64,000 nucleotides of DNA, taken from a virus. Taxonomy: Duplodnaviria; Caudoviricetes. The stretch spans positions 1-64,000 of IMG/VR virus record IMGVR_UViG_3300010362_000016; one strand, 5' to 3'. Shown piece after piece: positions 1 to 8,340 of this stretch; positions within the stretch are counted from its first letter, which is position 1; each line of letters begins with the position of its first letter. The notes beneath the pieces were generated by a model that made no database searches, was not told where the DNA came from, and saw nothing but the letters and a program-made list of their open reading frames with translations. A program made the position numbers and the translations under genes.

Positions 1-144
1 CGCCCGGCCTTCGGTCCTGGCCAGCGCTTCCTTCAACCGCTCCTCCAGGCCCGCCAGGGGCATGATCGAAACCGGTTCCATCCTTGGACCTCCTCCGGAG
101 CCCGAAGGGCTCCGTCTCTTCGTCATCGTCAACAATGTCGTCAT
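1..144 (-). CDS. Hypothetical protein (runs off window start)
   Basis: ATG at 144, 10 nt downstream of promoter copy 1; frame open to position 1. Confidence 0.4.
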   Translation of the reverse strand, partial: MTTLLTMTKRRSPSGSGGGPRMEPVSIMPLAGLEERLKEALARTEGRA

Positions 145-154
145 CTATAAATCT

Positions 155-184
155 ATTGTAGCACGTACGTAAGTACGTTGTCAA
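155..184 (-). promoter_or_regulatory. Repeat promoter/operator copy 1
   Basis: + strand attgta gc acgtacgt aagtacgt tgtcaa = TTGACA-18-TACAAT on minus. Confidence 0.85.
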
Positions 185-194
185 CCTGACGCCC

Positions 195-818
195 CTACCG
201 GGGCGCCAGGGGTTCCTCCTTCCATTCCGCCAGCCGCTTCCGCTGCCACGCGATATATTTCCGGATCTCTTCAACCTCGGCCCTCACGGCGTCGGCTCTC
301 TTCCCATTCGCCGCCGCGACGTAATCCAGAATCGTCGCCGTCTCCCGGATCGTCCAGTCCACCGTGATCGCATGGCTGTAGCAGTCCAGCAACTCACCGG
401 CCTTGTGAGGGTTGGCGTAGTGGGCCCGGGGCTTCGTGTCGTATTTGCCCTGGTGCATCGTGAACTCAACCTCGTGCCAGTACGATCCGCTCCGCTCGTA
501 GCGGTTGCGGGCCGTCCGGTAAACCTTCACCCAACCTCGTGCCTCGGTTGGCTTCTGGAGAAGCTTCGTGATGAATTCTTCCTTCTCCTCCACCAGCGCC
601 TCGGCCCTGGCAATGAATCCCTCGATCAGGTCCGTGTGGGTCTCAAACGGCTTCCAGCCGGAACCCTGACAAACCCCCGAGAAGAATCCCCACTCGACGG
701 TGTAGCCGTGCTTGGCCAGCACTCCATTCGGCAACATCTGAACCGATCCGCAGCCCTGGCAGGAGCCCTTGTGGGTCGCCCTGCCCTTCCGTCCTTTCGC
801 TTCAACCATCGCTTCCAT
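195..818 (-). CDS. Hypothetical protein with Cys/His motifs (CQGC...HGY...C)
   Basis: ORF 195..824; ATG 818 lies 7 nt from the -10 of promoter copy 2. Confidence 0.8.
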   Translation of the reverse strand: MEAMVEAKGRKGRATHKGSCQGCGSVQMLPNGVLAKHGYTVEWGFFSGVCQGSGWKPFETHTDLIEGFIARAEALVEEKEEFITKLLQKPTEARGWVKVYRTARNRYERSGSYWHEVEFTMHQGKYDTKPRAHYANPHKAGELLDCYSHAITVDWTIRETATILDYVAAANGKRADAVRAEVEEIRKYIAWQRKRLAEWKEEPLAPR

Positions 819-825
819 ACTCAAT

Positions 826-855
826 ACTATAGCACGTACGTCAGTAAGTTGTCAA
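826..855 (-). promoter_or_regulatory. Repeat promoter/operator copy 2
   Basis: actata gc acgtacgt cagtaagt tgtcaa. Confidence 0.9.
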
Positions 856-862
856 GCCCTGG

Positions 863-1198
863 TTAATAACCACGCTGCTCCAGCCTCTCCGAGATCATGT
901 CTGCCCGTGCAGTCACCGAGCCGTCCAGGTTCGTCGTATAGTCGGCGACGACGTACCAGGGTTCGTTGCCATAAATAAACCGCACCCATCCTTTGCCGCC
1001 GTCACGGCTGAGGATCAGGTAATCCTCCCCGGTCGTAAACATGGCCCCCAGGATCACGCTCAGGTCGCTCGACGCCTTCACCGTCGTCACCGCGCCGTCA
1101 TACACATCCACCGTGTAACCCGCTTTAATCGCGTCCTGGATAACCGCACGCGCTATCTGCCGTTCGATCTGCTCCCGCCGTTCAATCGTCATCTCCAT
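863..1198 (-). CDS. Hypothetical protein
   Basis: 111 aa ORF; ATG 6 nt from the -10 of copy 3. Confidence 0.8.
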   Translation of the reverse strand: MEMTIERREQIERQIARAVIQDAIKAGYTVDVYDGAVTTVKASSDLSVILGAMFTTGEDYLILSRDGGKGWVRFIYGNEPWYVVADYTTNLDGSVTARADMISERLEQRGY

Positions 1199-1204
1199 AA
1201 CCTA

Positions 1205-1234
1205 ACTATAGCACGTACGTGATGACGTTGTCAA
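1205..1234 (-). promoter_or_regulatory. Repeat promoter/operator copy 3
   Basis: actata gc acgtacgt gatgacgt tgtcaa. Confidence 0.9.
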
Positions 1235-1550
1235 GCTCCCTTGGCCATCTTCCTGAATTCCCGTCCGTCCGCCAGCCTCTCCAAATCTCGTTGGCCGTCA
1301 GCCACTCATAAGCCTCGTCCAGGCCCGCTTCCAGAGCCCTACCCTGGCTCTCATACGGCCCGTCATCCGTGGTCATATCCCCGCAGTAAGCCCCACCAGC
1401 CGTGTCCACAACCGTGCTCACGTACCAGCCGCCCCGGCCCTTCAGCCCCTCGAACTTCGCCGCGTCGAAGTAAACTCCGTCATTCCCCGTCCCCAGGTAA
1501 TACGCGCTGTCCATGTCCACTTCAGCAATCTGCTTCGTCTTCTTAGCCAT
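1206..1550 (-). CDS. Hypothetical protein
   Basis: Likely start MAKKTKQ at 1550; frame reads through promoter copy 3 and stops at the TAG inside its -10. Confidence 0.7.
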   Translation of the reverse strand: MAKKTKQIAEVDMDSAYYLGTGNDGVYFDAAKFEGLKGRGGWYVSTVVDTAGGAYCGDMTTDDGPYESQGRALEAGLDEAYEWLTANEIWRGWRTDGNSGRWPRELDNVITYVL

Positions 1551-1593
1551 CTCTATTCCATCCTTCCCTATGTTTAACATATGTGCGGGGGTT

Positions 1594-1617
1594 CCCTGGC
1601 GGCTTATGCCGCCAGGG
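1594..1617. other. 10-bp GC-rich hairpin between genes
   Basis: ccctggcggc-ttat-gccgccaggg; no U-tract. Confidence 0.5.
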
Positions 1618-2398
1618 TCACCAGCGACTCCAGCGGCACGAAGCTCCCGGCTCCCGAGCCGTGAACCACGATCACGATATTTTTCCGGGCGTCTCCCGGC
1701 CCCTTCGAACCGTCGCAAAGCTTGCACTTCGCGCAACTCGTCCGGTGGCCCATCTCATCCGAAGCCGGACAAGAAATTTCACCCTTCAACACCGGCTGAT
1801 GTTTCCCGCGAACCCGGAACGTTCTCCAGCCCATCGCCACGGCCTGGATGTGATCCGCTTCCGAGTCGCAGGACGCCATCACAAACTCCCGATACGCCTG
1901 GAACTCGGCCTTCCGCCACTGATGCGTGTAGCCCGTCCGCCCGGTCGAAACCACCCGGATCGCTTCCATGATCCCCACCGGGATCAGAACCGGCTCCCCG
2001 TAAGCCCCGAAACGAATCGCCCGTCCGCCAAACACCTCGGCATAACGCCCGGGCTCCAGGAACTCGTACCCGCCCTGCTCGAACTTCTTCCAGATCCGCT
2101 GGGGGCCCTGGCCCACATTTACGTAGCACGTCCGCTTCTTGAAGCCCTTCCCGAGCTTCGAACGGTGCGGGCAGTCAAAGCAGATCGTCACGTCCGATCC
2201 GTCCTTCACTGCCTCAACCGGCGACTTCCACCGGTTCAGAATCCAGATCTGGACCATGTTCCCGGTCTTTCGATTTTTCGTTCGCAGGGTCGCCACCACC
2301 ACGATCTCAGCATTCAGGTAAATCACATACCCAGTAACGTTGGTCTTCCGCTGGCGGTGATGAACACGAGTTTTGCGTACAATTTTAAGAGGTCTCAA
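1604..2398 (-). CDS. Conserved Cys-rich phage protein (possible metal/Fe-S enzyme)
   Basis: Motifs CFDCPHR..CYV, FGAYGEP, GYTHQW, CPA..C..C.LC; GGAG before the TTG start. Confidence 0.7.
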   Translation of the reverse strand: MRPLKIVRKTRVHHRQRKTNVTGYVIYLNAEIVVVATLRTKNRKTGNMVQIWILNRWKSPVEAVKDGSDVTICFDCPHRSKLGKGFKKRTCYVNVGQGPQRIWKKFEQGGYEFLEPGRYAEVFGGRAIRFGAYGEPVLIPVGIMEAIRVVSTGRTGYTHQWRKAEFQAYREFVMASCDSEADHIQAVAMGWRTFRVRGKHQPVLKGEISCPASDEMGHRTSCAKCKLCDGSKGPGDARKNIVIVVHGSGAGSFVPLESLVTLAA

Positions 2399-2427
2399 AT
2401 CTGCTTCTCCAGTTTTGGGATTTAGGG

Positions 2428-2455
2428 GCTTGAGGTTGCGTCAACAACCTCAAGC
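2428..2455 (-). other. 11-bp hairpin in the 5' leader of the copy 4 transcript
   Basis: gcttgaggttg-cgtcaa-caacctcaagc. Confidence 0.55.
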
Positions 2456-2472
2456 GCCGTTCAACAATCACT

Positions 2473-2502
2473 ACTATAGCACGTACGTCAGTAAGTTGTC
2501 AA
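2473..2502 (-). promoter_or_regulatory. Repeat promoter/operator copy 4
   Basis: actata gc acgtacgt cagtaagt tgtcaa (identical to copy 2). Confidence 0.9.
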
Positions 2503-3293
2503 GCCCGGCTTAACCGTCCGAAGTACGCCCGCTCCGTCGCCTCGCAGAAGGCGCAAATTTCAACTCCGCCCTCCTTGCTTCCGAGGGGCCGATAGCACCC
2601 GCAGTAGCAGCAATTCACGTACGTGTCTTCGTTCGTCGCTTGGGATGCCTCGCACGAGCCCCAGGAGGGCTTCTGACGGCGGTTGCGCCGCGTCCGGGGC
2701 CCACGGTTCCTCGCGCCTTTGCGCGAGGCCTTAGGAGCCTCCCAGGCCCAAACCCAGGGGTCCTCCAGGCTATACGTGTTCGAAACCCAGATCCCGCCGA
2801 TCCACTTCCCGGCCATCTCATTCACGATCACGTACCGGCCATCGCTCATCAGGAAGGTGAACTTGTTCCCCTGGCCGATGGATTCCTCCATCGCCTCCAG
2901 GAACTTCGGGTTCATCAGCGCCTCAGGATATTCGTCCAGGATCGGCTTCAGCAGTTGGACGTAGTGCCACGTGTCCGACATTTCGAGGTTGGTCCGCTCG
3001 ACCGGCAGGACGCCATTGTGAGCGAACGCCACTCCCTCAGAAAGCTGGAACGGGTGGGCGTTCTCCTGGTCGATCTTTCCCGAGGTCGCATACCGGAAGT
3101 GCAGCATGTGCGGCAGTCCAGCAACCTTGCGGTAGGCCTCGATCAGAGTGTCATACCCGAATCCTTTCACGATCCGGAGCTTTCCTCCATCGGCCCAGGC
3201 CAGTCCCCAGGAATCCTGGTTGGTCAGATAAGCATTCAGAATCTTGTCGTCGTTTAGTTGATCTCCTTTGGGAGAGAGAATGATTAAGCACAT
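2499..3293 (-). CDS. Class II glutamine amidotransferase (Ntn hydrolase)
   Basis: N-terminal Met-Cys, HFRYATSG, NAHPF, HNG, SDT motifs; stop is the TGA of the next TTGACA. Confidence 0.88.
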   Translation of the reverse strand: MCLIILSPKGDQLNDDKILNAYLTNQDSWGLAWADGGKLRIVKGFGYDTLIEAYRKVAGLPHMLHFRYATSGKIDQENAHPFQLSEGVAFAHNGVLPVERTNLEMSDTWHYVQLLKPILDEYPEALMNPKFLEAMEESIGQGNKFTFLMSDGRYVIVNEMAGKWIGGIWVSNTYSLEDPWVWAWEAPKASRKGARNRGPRTRRNRRQKPSWGSCEASQATNEDTYVNCCYCGCYRPLGSKEGGVEICAFCEATERAYFGRLSRA

Positions 3294-3302
3294 TACTTAA
3301 TT

Positions 3303-3332
3303 ATAATAGCACGTATGTGGGTATGTTGTCAA
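3303..3332 (-). promoter_or_regulatory. Repeat promoter/operator copy 5
   Basis: ataata gc acgtatgt gggtatgt tgtcaa. Confidence 0.85.
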
Positions 3333-3340
3333 GTCCTCTG

Positions 3341-3380
3341 AAAACGAAAAGAGCGGCCAGGGCTCTCGCCCCCGCCGCTC
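3341..3380 (-). terminator. Intrinsic terminator
   Basis: gagcggc/gccgctc stem with inner gggc-tctc-gccc, followed on minus by TTTTCGTTTT. Confidence 0.65.
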
Positions 3381-3403
3381 TCTCGCTTCCTCCTGACCCG
3401 GAT

Positions 3404-3760
3404 TTACTTTTTCTTCTTCATGAAGCCGGGCAACTCACCCCGGTCCTTCCTGGCCTGGGCCGTGGCCTTCCCGACCTTCGACCGGACCTTCCCCGTCAAC
3501 GCATCCCGCTGACGGGCAATCGCCTCGCTCACCTGCGGCGGAATCGCAATCCGAATCGACCCGTCCTTGCTCACACACTCCAGGAAAATCGTGTCTCCCT
3601 TCTCCCTCTGCCGATAGGTCTGGACGATAAACATCTGGCTCGTCCCCAGCAGCGGCGTCACTGTCCGCAGCGTACTCGGCTTCGTCGAAGTCACGTCCGG
3701 CAACCCGTGCAAACTCCCCAACAGCCGGTCAAACGCATCAGGCATCGCACTCTCACTCAT
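3404..3760 (-). CDS. Hypothetical protein
   Basis: 118 aa ORF with basic C-terminus, coupled to the upstream ORF. Confidence 0.75.
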   Translation of the reverse strand: MSESAMPDAFDRLLGSLHGLPDVTSTKPSTLRTVTPLLGTSQMFIVQTYRQREKGDTIFLECVSKDGSIRIAIPPQVSEAIARQRDALTGKVRSKVGKATAQARKDRGELPGFMKKKK

Positions 3761-3984
3761 CAGTCAGTCCTTTCCCTTTCCCCAATCATCAAAACTGAAG
3801 TGTCATCCAGCCCGTGGGTGTGCCCCTGGTCGTGGAGCATCCGGTGCCGGGCCGGGCAGCAGTCCTTCGCCTTGTCCAACCTCCCAGACGTAACCGTGGC
3901 GCAATCGGGCTGATGCAGCCGCCCACGGCATGCCGTGCAGATCCCCCACGGGTTCCCACACTTGTGTTTCCTCACTCCCCTCAT
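3760..3984 (-). CDS. Small Cys/His-rich hypothetical protein
   Basis: ATG 3984 overlaps the stop of the upstream gene (ATGA). Confidence 0.55.
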   Translation of the reverse strand: MRGVRKHKCGNPWGICTACRGRLHQPDCATVTSGRLDKAKDCCPARHRMLHDQGHTHGLDDTSVLMIGERERTD

Positions 3985-4355
3985 ACCGGCTTCACCGGCT
4001 TCACCCGAAACACCACCTCGTCGCCCGAGCAACCATCACACAGATATCCCCGGAAGATCACATTCCGCTGGCGACCCTCGCTCCATCGAACTCCCTGGTA
4101 CATCCGAACCGGGACGAACAACCCGCAGCCCTTGCAGTCATGCCGGTAGAACCCGCAGTCATGCGGATCTTCCGGGAGCGACCGTCCGCCAAACTCCTCG
4201 GCCCACTCGAACCCTTCCTCCGCGCTGGGAGCCGAATCCCAAAGCAGCCGGAAACCTTTATCCTCCAGCCGAAAAATATCGTCGAACGACAGGTTGCACT
4301 TGGCCAGGGCTTGACGCGTTTCGACGTTCCCGAATATCCAGTAGGGTTTCCTCAC
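3981..4355 (-). CDS. Hypothetical Zn-binding protein
   Basis: CKGC...CDGC pairs; ATGA-coupled. Confidence 0.7.
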   Translation of the reverse strand: MRKPYWIFGNVETRQALAKCNLSFDDIFRLEDKGFRLLWDSAPSAEEGFEWAEEFGGRSLPEDPHDCGFYRHDCKGCGLFVPVRMYQGVRWSEGRQRNVIFRGYLCDGCSGDEVVFRVKPVKPV

Positions 4356-4522
4356 TTCGATCTCCGGGACAACTCCAGCGCTTTACGTTCCGCAGCCACC
4401 CGCGCCACCCGCTCCGCTTCCTTCTCACCGAGTCCCTCGGCTACCGCCGCGTAGAACATCCGGTCGCTATAAGCCACGACCTGGAATCTCTGCTCGACGC
4501 TCAGCTTTCTCATATCCTTCAT
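4352..4522 (-). CDS. Small hypothetical protein (56 aa; not in ORF track)
   Basis: MKDMRKLSVEQRF...RRSK; ATG 7 nt from the -10 of copy 6. Confidence 0.7.
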   Translation of the reverse strand: MKDMRKLSVEQRFQVVAYSDRMFYAAVAEGLGEKEAERVARVAAERKALELSRRSK

Positions 4523-4529
4523 ACTTCAA

Positions 4530-4559
4530 AGTATACCACGTACGTTGGTACGTTGTCAA
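4530..4559 (-). promoter_or_regulatory. Repeat promoter/operator copy 6
   Basis: agtata cc acgtacgt tggtacgt tgtcaa. Confidence 0.9.
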
Positions 4560-4723
4560 GCCCCCAATTTGAAACGCCAGCAACCCCGCCAGGAGTAATG
4601 TGCGGTCCCGGTGCGGCCACAACGAACACAAATGGACCGAAAGTTCTCACCCTGAACGCCACGAATCAGCCACCACAAATCGTGATACCAACGATGCGCC
4701 GAGACCTTATGTGGTTCGCTCAC
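4556..4723 (-). CDS. Small hypothetical protein (CxxC)
   Basis: GTG 4723 overlaps the upstream stop; its own stop is the TGA in TTGACA of copy 6. Confidence 0.55.
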   Translation of the reverse strand: MSEPHKVSAHRWYHDLWWLIRGVQGENFRSICVRCGRTGTAHYSWRGCWRFKLGA

Positions 4724-4980
4724 CGCCCCTCCACGTAGACGTTGTAGCCGAGATCCTGAAGGATCTCGCAAGCCGCCTCACAACCCGAATAAACCTCGTC
4801 ACAGGTCTCGCAGTACAACTCATCCTCGTTGCCGTTCGAGATCACGTCCTCGCCGTGGCCCTCCGGGCACCGGCTCCCCACGGCGATCTGCCCGGCCTTC
4901 AGCAGCCCGTCCAGCAGATCCTGCCGGTCGTCCAACAAAGCCTCCACGGTCTTCCCGTGAATGTAATCCATCAATTCCAT
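4720..4980 (-). CDS. Acidic Cys-containing hypothetical protein
   Basis: 86 aa ORF with GGAGGA RBS. Confidence 0.7.
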   Translation of the reverse strand: MELMDYIHGKTVEALLDDRQDLLDGLLKAGQIAVGSRCPEGHGEDVISNGNEDELYCETCDEVYSGCEAACEILQDLGYNVYVEGR

Positions 4981-4995
4981 TTCGTCCTCCTCCTC

Positions 4996-5280
4996 CTAGA
5001 ACCAGCTATCCACGATGATTCCCGCATGGGCGTCGAACACGCACGGGGCCTTCACGGCCTGGATGGCGTCCGCCCAGTCCGGCCTCGAATTCCTCAGCAG
5101 CTTCGCCACGCTCTGCGCCTCGCGCAGACTGCTAGCCATGTGCAGGTTCGCCACGTTGAAGTACGAGCCCTTCTCGTCGCCGATCTCCAACCGGCGGGTC
5201 GCCCTCACGAAAAACACGCCCTCCGTCTGCGGGTCCCATTCCTTCTTTTTGCCTTCCCAGTTCGTATAAGCAATCTTCAT
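4996..5280 (-). CDS. Hypothetical protein
   Basis: ATG 7 nt from the -10 of copy 7. Confidence 0.8.
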   Translation of the reverse strand: MKIAYTNWEGKKKEWDPQTEGVFFVRATRRLEIGDEKGSYFNVANLHMASSLREAQSVAKLLRNSRPDWADAIQAVKAPCVFDAHAGIIVDSWF

Positions 5281-5287
5281 ACTCAGA

Positions 5288-5317
5288 AGTATAGCACGTA
5301 CGTTGGTAGGTTGTCAA
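5288..5317 (-). promoter_or_regulatory. Repeat promoter/operator copy 7
   Basis: agtata gc acgtacgt tggtaggt tgtcaa. Confidence 0.9.
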
Positions 5318-5353
5318 GCGGAATCTGAAAAGGATGTGGTGGGAGGGACCGGA

Positions 5354-5545
5354 TCAGTTTTCGGGGTAGCCCGGCCCTCCCTTCCCCGTTGCGACGCGGG
5401 ATGGCCAGCATGTTATCACCTGCCGGGCCTCCGGCCCAGGGGTCCATCCAGTCGCCTCCACAGCCCGGCATTCCAGGCTCACCCGCTCCTCGTACGTCAC
5501 CTCGATCTCCAGAAGAATCCTCATCCTCTCCACTCCTCTTCCCAT
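5354..5545 (-). CDS. Small hypothetical protein
   Basis: 63 aa ORF in operon orientation. Confidence 0.45.
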   Translation of the reverse strand: MGRGVERMRILLEIEVTYEERVSLECRAVEATGWTPGPEARQVITCWPSRVATGKGGPGYPEN

Positions 5546-5579
5546 TGCTCAATCGTCCAGTCCAACGGCTGGAGCACCT

Positions 5580-5780
5580 TCACGTCCTGCCGGGTGGGAT
5601 ACCACCAGCGGGATTCCCGCTCCATCTTTCCCACGCACCGGGGCTGATGACGGAGTTGATTTGGGATTTTTCAAGCCACTCCTTCCATTGCCGCGCCGTG
5701 AAGCTCCACCAGCCGCCAAACTGGGCGACGTAGACGAGCTTCACGTTCCTGTCCTGGGCTACGTAGATCCGCGTCATCAT
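5580..5780 (-). CDS. Small Trp-rich hypothetical protein
   Basis: ATGA-coupled to the upstream gene. Confidence 0.55.
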   Translation of the reverse strand: MMTRIYVAQDRNVKLVYVAQFGGWWSFTARQWKEWLEKSQINSVISPGAWERWSGNPAGGIPPGRT

Positions 5781-6154
5781 CGGTCCTCGCTCATCGTCAC
5801 GCGCACCCGGGCCTCACTGAAATCGTCGCCCTTGACCGGCCCGACCGTACACACAAAATTGTTCCGCAGCATTGCTCCGAAGCTGTTTTGCGCATCGACA
5901 TAGTGGGCATAGATGTACTTGTCGCCAACGTGAGTAAGGTTGCGGCTGTAACCCCACGGAAAGCTCGCCGTCGAAGGAGCTTTCAACCGCTGTTTGATGT
6001 GCTGCTGGCAGAGGGTCACCGCCATTGCATCGGCGTCGTCCTGACGGCGCTTCGCCGGATCGGAAGGAAAAATTAGTGCAAGCAAAAATGCCAGGGCGAT
6101 TAGCCCGATACAACCAATGCAACCCTTGTTTATTTGATTAGGATCTTCATTCAT
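5777..6154 (-). CDS. Membrane-anchored hypothetical protein
   Basis: N-terminal hydrophobic helix; C..IK..LKAPSTA.F and VDAQNSFGA motifs of a widespread exported family. Confidence 0.75.
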   Translation of the reverse strand: MNEDPNQINKGCIGCIGLIALAFLLALIFPSDPAKRRQDDADAMAVTLCQQHIKQRLKAPSTASFPWGYSRNLTHVGDKYIYAHYVDAQNSFGAMLRNNFVCTVGPVKGDDFSEARVRVTMSEDR

Positions 6155-6196
6155 TTCATCCTCATTTCATCTACCTTCGTTTCTTAACTCCCTGGC

Positions 6197-6646
6197 CTAT
6201 GCGGCCATTTTGTTTGCGCACTCCGGCCCGATCCCGGCCTCAACCGAGGAGGGCACCGTAAGCTCCCGCCCGCAGCGTCCGCAGTGGTTCAGGTGATAAA
6301 CCTTCACCTTCCCTTCAACCGATTCGCCAGCAGCCAGCTTCGCCAGCGTCCAGGCGAAGGCCTTCACGGGTCCGCTCTCCGGGCCCATCTTCGACGCCTT
6401 CGTCAGGGAGAACTTCTCCCGCTGAACCTTGCCAATGTACGTGTAGTCCGAGGTGTTGTCCGGCCCCGTCAGCACGCTCACGAAGTACATCGGCTCCGTC
6501 CCTGGATAATCCGGGTTGGGCTTCGCAGCCTTCACCTTGTACGTATACCGGACGCCCGTCGAAACGCTCTCCAGGGTGAAAGTGGCGTTGCCCGCCGTCA
6601 TGAAGGTCTTCGCCGCTCCCGCCGTCATCTCATGTTCGATCATCAT
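6197..6646 (-). CDS. DUF6011-like protein
   Basis: C-terminal CGRCGRELTVPSSVEAGIGPEC motif; ATG 6646 is 7 nt from the -10 of copy 8. Confidence 0.75.
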   Translation of the reverse strand: MMIEHEMTAGAAKTFMTAGNATFTLESVSTGVRYTYKVKAAKPNPDYPGTEPMYFVSVLTGPDNTSDYTYIGKVQREKFSLTKASKMGPESGPVKAFAWTLAKLAAGESVEGKVKVYHLNHCGRCGRELTVPSSVEAGIGPECANKMAA

Positions 6647-6653
6647 GAACATA

Positions 6654-6683
6654 AGTATAGCACGTACGTTGGTAAGTTGTCAA
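6654..6683 (-). promoter_or_regulatory. Repeat promoter/operator copy 8
   Basis: agtata gc acgtacgt tggtaagt tgtcaa. Confidence 0.9.
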
Positions 6684-6703
6684 GCGCCAAGCAAAAAAAA
6701 TAT

Positions 6704-6979
6704 TCAACCTTCCCGTCCGGGAGCCATCAGCCTGGAGCCATTCCTGACAATCCGTCCCTCGGCCACCGCCACCTCGATTTGCTTCTCCACGAACCCCGGG
6801 TCCGTGGCCCCAAACCACGCCACCACCCTCCGCCGGGCCACGCTGCCCTCCCTGGGCCTCCCTGGAGCCCCGCAAATGTAAACCACCAGGGCCTCCTGCA
6901 ACGCCTTCGCCCCGTCGATCCTCAGCCCCTCCGCGTGATACTGAAACGCCCTCCCAAAAGCTCTCCGTGAGCAGTTCAT
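6704..6979 (-). CDS. Hypothetical protein
   Basis: 91 aa ORF with GGAGG upstream. Confidence 0.55.
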   Translation of the reverse strand: MNCSRRAFGRAFQYHAEGLRIDGAKALQEALVVYICGAPGRPREGSVARRRVVAWFGATDPGFVEKQIEVAVAEGRIVRNGSRLMAPGREG

Positions 6980-7003
6980 AAATCCTCAACCTCCTCCAGA
7001 AAC

Positions 7004-7032
7004 AAAAAAGCCCCGCGCCTCGGCGCAGGGCT
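7004..7032 (-). terminator. Intrinsic terminator
   Basis: Minus strand agccctgcgcc-ga-ggcgcggggct followed by TTTTT. Confidence 0.7.
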
Positions 7033-7062
7033 CCCCCCCCCAAACATCGCCGTCATATCGAC

Positions 7063-7248
7063 CTAATATTCATCCTCCTCGATTGGCTCATCGTGAGCGT
7101 AGTTGGAGTCCGCGAAGATCTCCGGCCTATATTTGGCTTTGACCTTCTTCACACAATCAGCGCAAACCCGCGATACGTATATTCCACGGGCGTCACTCAG
7201 AACCCAGCTATTCTTGCCAGATCCGCAGATGCATTCCCTTGTCTTCAT
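7063..7248 (-). CDS. Small Zn-binding hypothetical protein
   Basis: CxC...CxxC; ATG 7 nt from the -10 of copy 9. Confidence 0.75.
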   Translation of the reverse strand: MKTRECICGSGKNSWVLSDARGIYVSRVCADCVKKVKAKYRPEIFADSNYAHDEPIEEDEY

Positions 7249-7255
7249 GTAATAC

Positions 7256-7285
7256 AGTTTAGCACGTACGTGCTTAAGTTGTCAA
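7256..7285 (-). promoter_or_regulatory. Repeat promoter/operator copy 9
   Basis: agttta gc acgtacgt gcttaagt tgtcaa. Confidence 0.85.
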
Positions 7286-8025
7286 GCCCGTACTCCATAA
7301 CGCGACCACGCAGCCCCCACCGCTTCGCTTGAGCCCTGCCAAGTCGGAACGCCATCGTCATACGATGCGTCAATGGGGTACAGCCCCAGTTCCGTTAGCT
7401 GCTCATCCGTAGCCGAAACCGGATCATGTTCGCCCCCTTGCTCTTCGGTGCAAAGTCTGTGCGTGATCGGCTTCTCCGAAGTTTTTGTTTCCAGGTCCCC
7501 GGCCACCCGGTCCACCTGCCCCAGCACATCCGCTATCAACCCCCGGAACTCCTCCACCTCCTCCCGGGACGACATCGCATTGGCGCATATCGCCAGGGGA
7601 GCCAGGAACCGCTGCACGGTCCTCAGCGCCTTCGCCCGAGCGTCCGGAGCCAGCCCCCGGAACATCTCCTCAGGGTTCCCCTGGGCCTTCGCCTCCCGGG
7701 CCATCCGCTTGAATATCGCCTTATAATCCGGCGTCAGATCAACCGTCCCCACCGTCATCTCGTTCGTCTCCTTCTCTTCCATCTCGCTCCCCTTCCCTAA
7801 CAATCCACACTCCCGACTTTGTTTGCAGTGAGGGCAGTCGGCGTGCGGCTGGTTGGCGTGGTGGCCGTCGAAGTGCTCGTTCTCCAGGCTAGCGGCCTCG
7901 AAGCAATCGCGGCAGAGGTCCAGGCCGCAGTAGCCGTTGGCTTCGCTCCAGGTGGTGTTCTTGCCGCACATCCGGCAGGCGACCGGCTGGTTGAATCTTC
8001 CGAAGTTCTGTCGTTTCGTCTTCAT
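7282..8025 (-). CDS. Hypothetical protein (Zn-finger N-terminus; possibly two in-frame genes)
   Basis: ATG 8025 is 6 nt from the -10 of copy 10; internal RBS+ATG near 7783; stop lies in TTGACA of copy 9. Confidence 0.7.
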   Translation of the reverse strand: MKTKRQNFGRFNQPVACRMCGKNTTWSEANGYCGLDLCRDCFEAASLENEHFDGHHANQPHADCPHCKQSRECGLLGKGSEMEEKETNEMTVGTVDLTPDYKAIFKRMAREAKAQGNPEEMFRGLAPDARAKALRTVQRFLAPLAICANAMSSREEVEEFRGLIADVLGQVDRVAGDLETKTSEKPITHRLCTEEQGGEHDPVSATDEQLTELGLYPIDASYDDGVPTWQGSSEAVGAAWSRYGVRA

Positions 8026-8031
8026 ATTTAA

Positions 8032-8061
8032 ACTATACCACGTACGTAAGTAAGTTGTCAA
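8032..8061 (-). promoter_or_regulatory. Repeat promoter/operator copy 10
   Basis: actata cc acgtacgt aagtaagt tgtcaa. Confidence 0.9.
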
Positions 8062-8300
8062 GCCTCCCTGACGAAGATATCGGAGGCCGTCAGTCCGGAC
8101 GTAGAGCCATACTCGCGTCGAAGTGAAGCCAAAAACTCAGCGCGTGGGTCTTGATCGGCCTCAAACAAGGCCGTCAGCCAGACACGCGCCGTACCACGGC
8201 TGGAAACAAGGAAACCAGCCTTCGCGAAACGTTGCGCCATAGGCTCCACAAGCGTGGGACCAACGTATACTCCCATCAAATACCGTCTTAAATTAAGCAT
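8058..8300 (-). CDS. Hypothetical protein
   Basis: Single-gene cassette: ATG 6 nt from copy 11, stop in TTGACA of copy 10. Confidence 0.7.
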   Translation of the reverse strand: MLNLRRYLMGVYVGPTLVEPMAQRFAKAGFLVSSRGTARVWLTALFEADQDPRAEFLASLRREYGSTSGLTASDIFVREA

Positions 8301-8306
8301 GACCTC

Positions 8307-8336
8307 ACTATATCACATACGTTTGTATGTTGTCAA
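8307..8336 (-). promoter_or_regulatory. Repeat promoter/operator copy 11
   Basis: actata tc acatacgt ttgtatgt tgtcaa. Confidence 0.88.
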
Positions 8337-8340
8337 GCCC

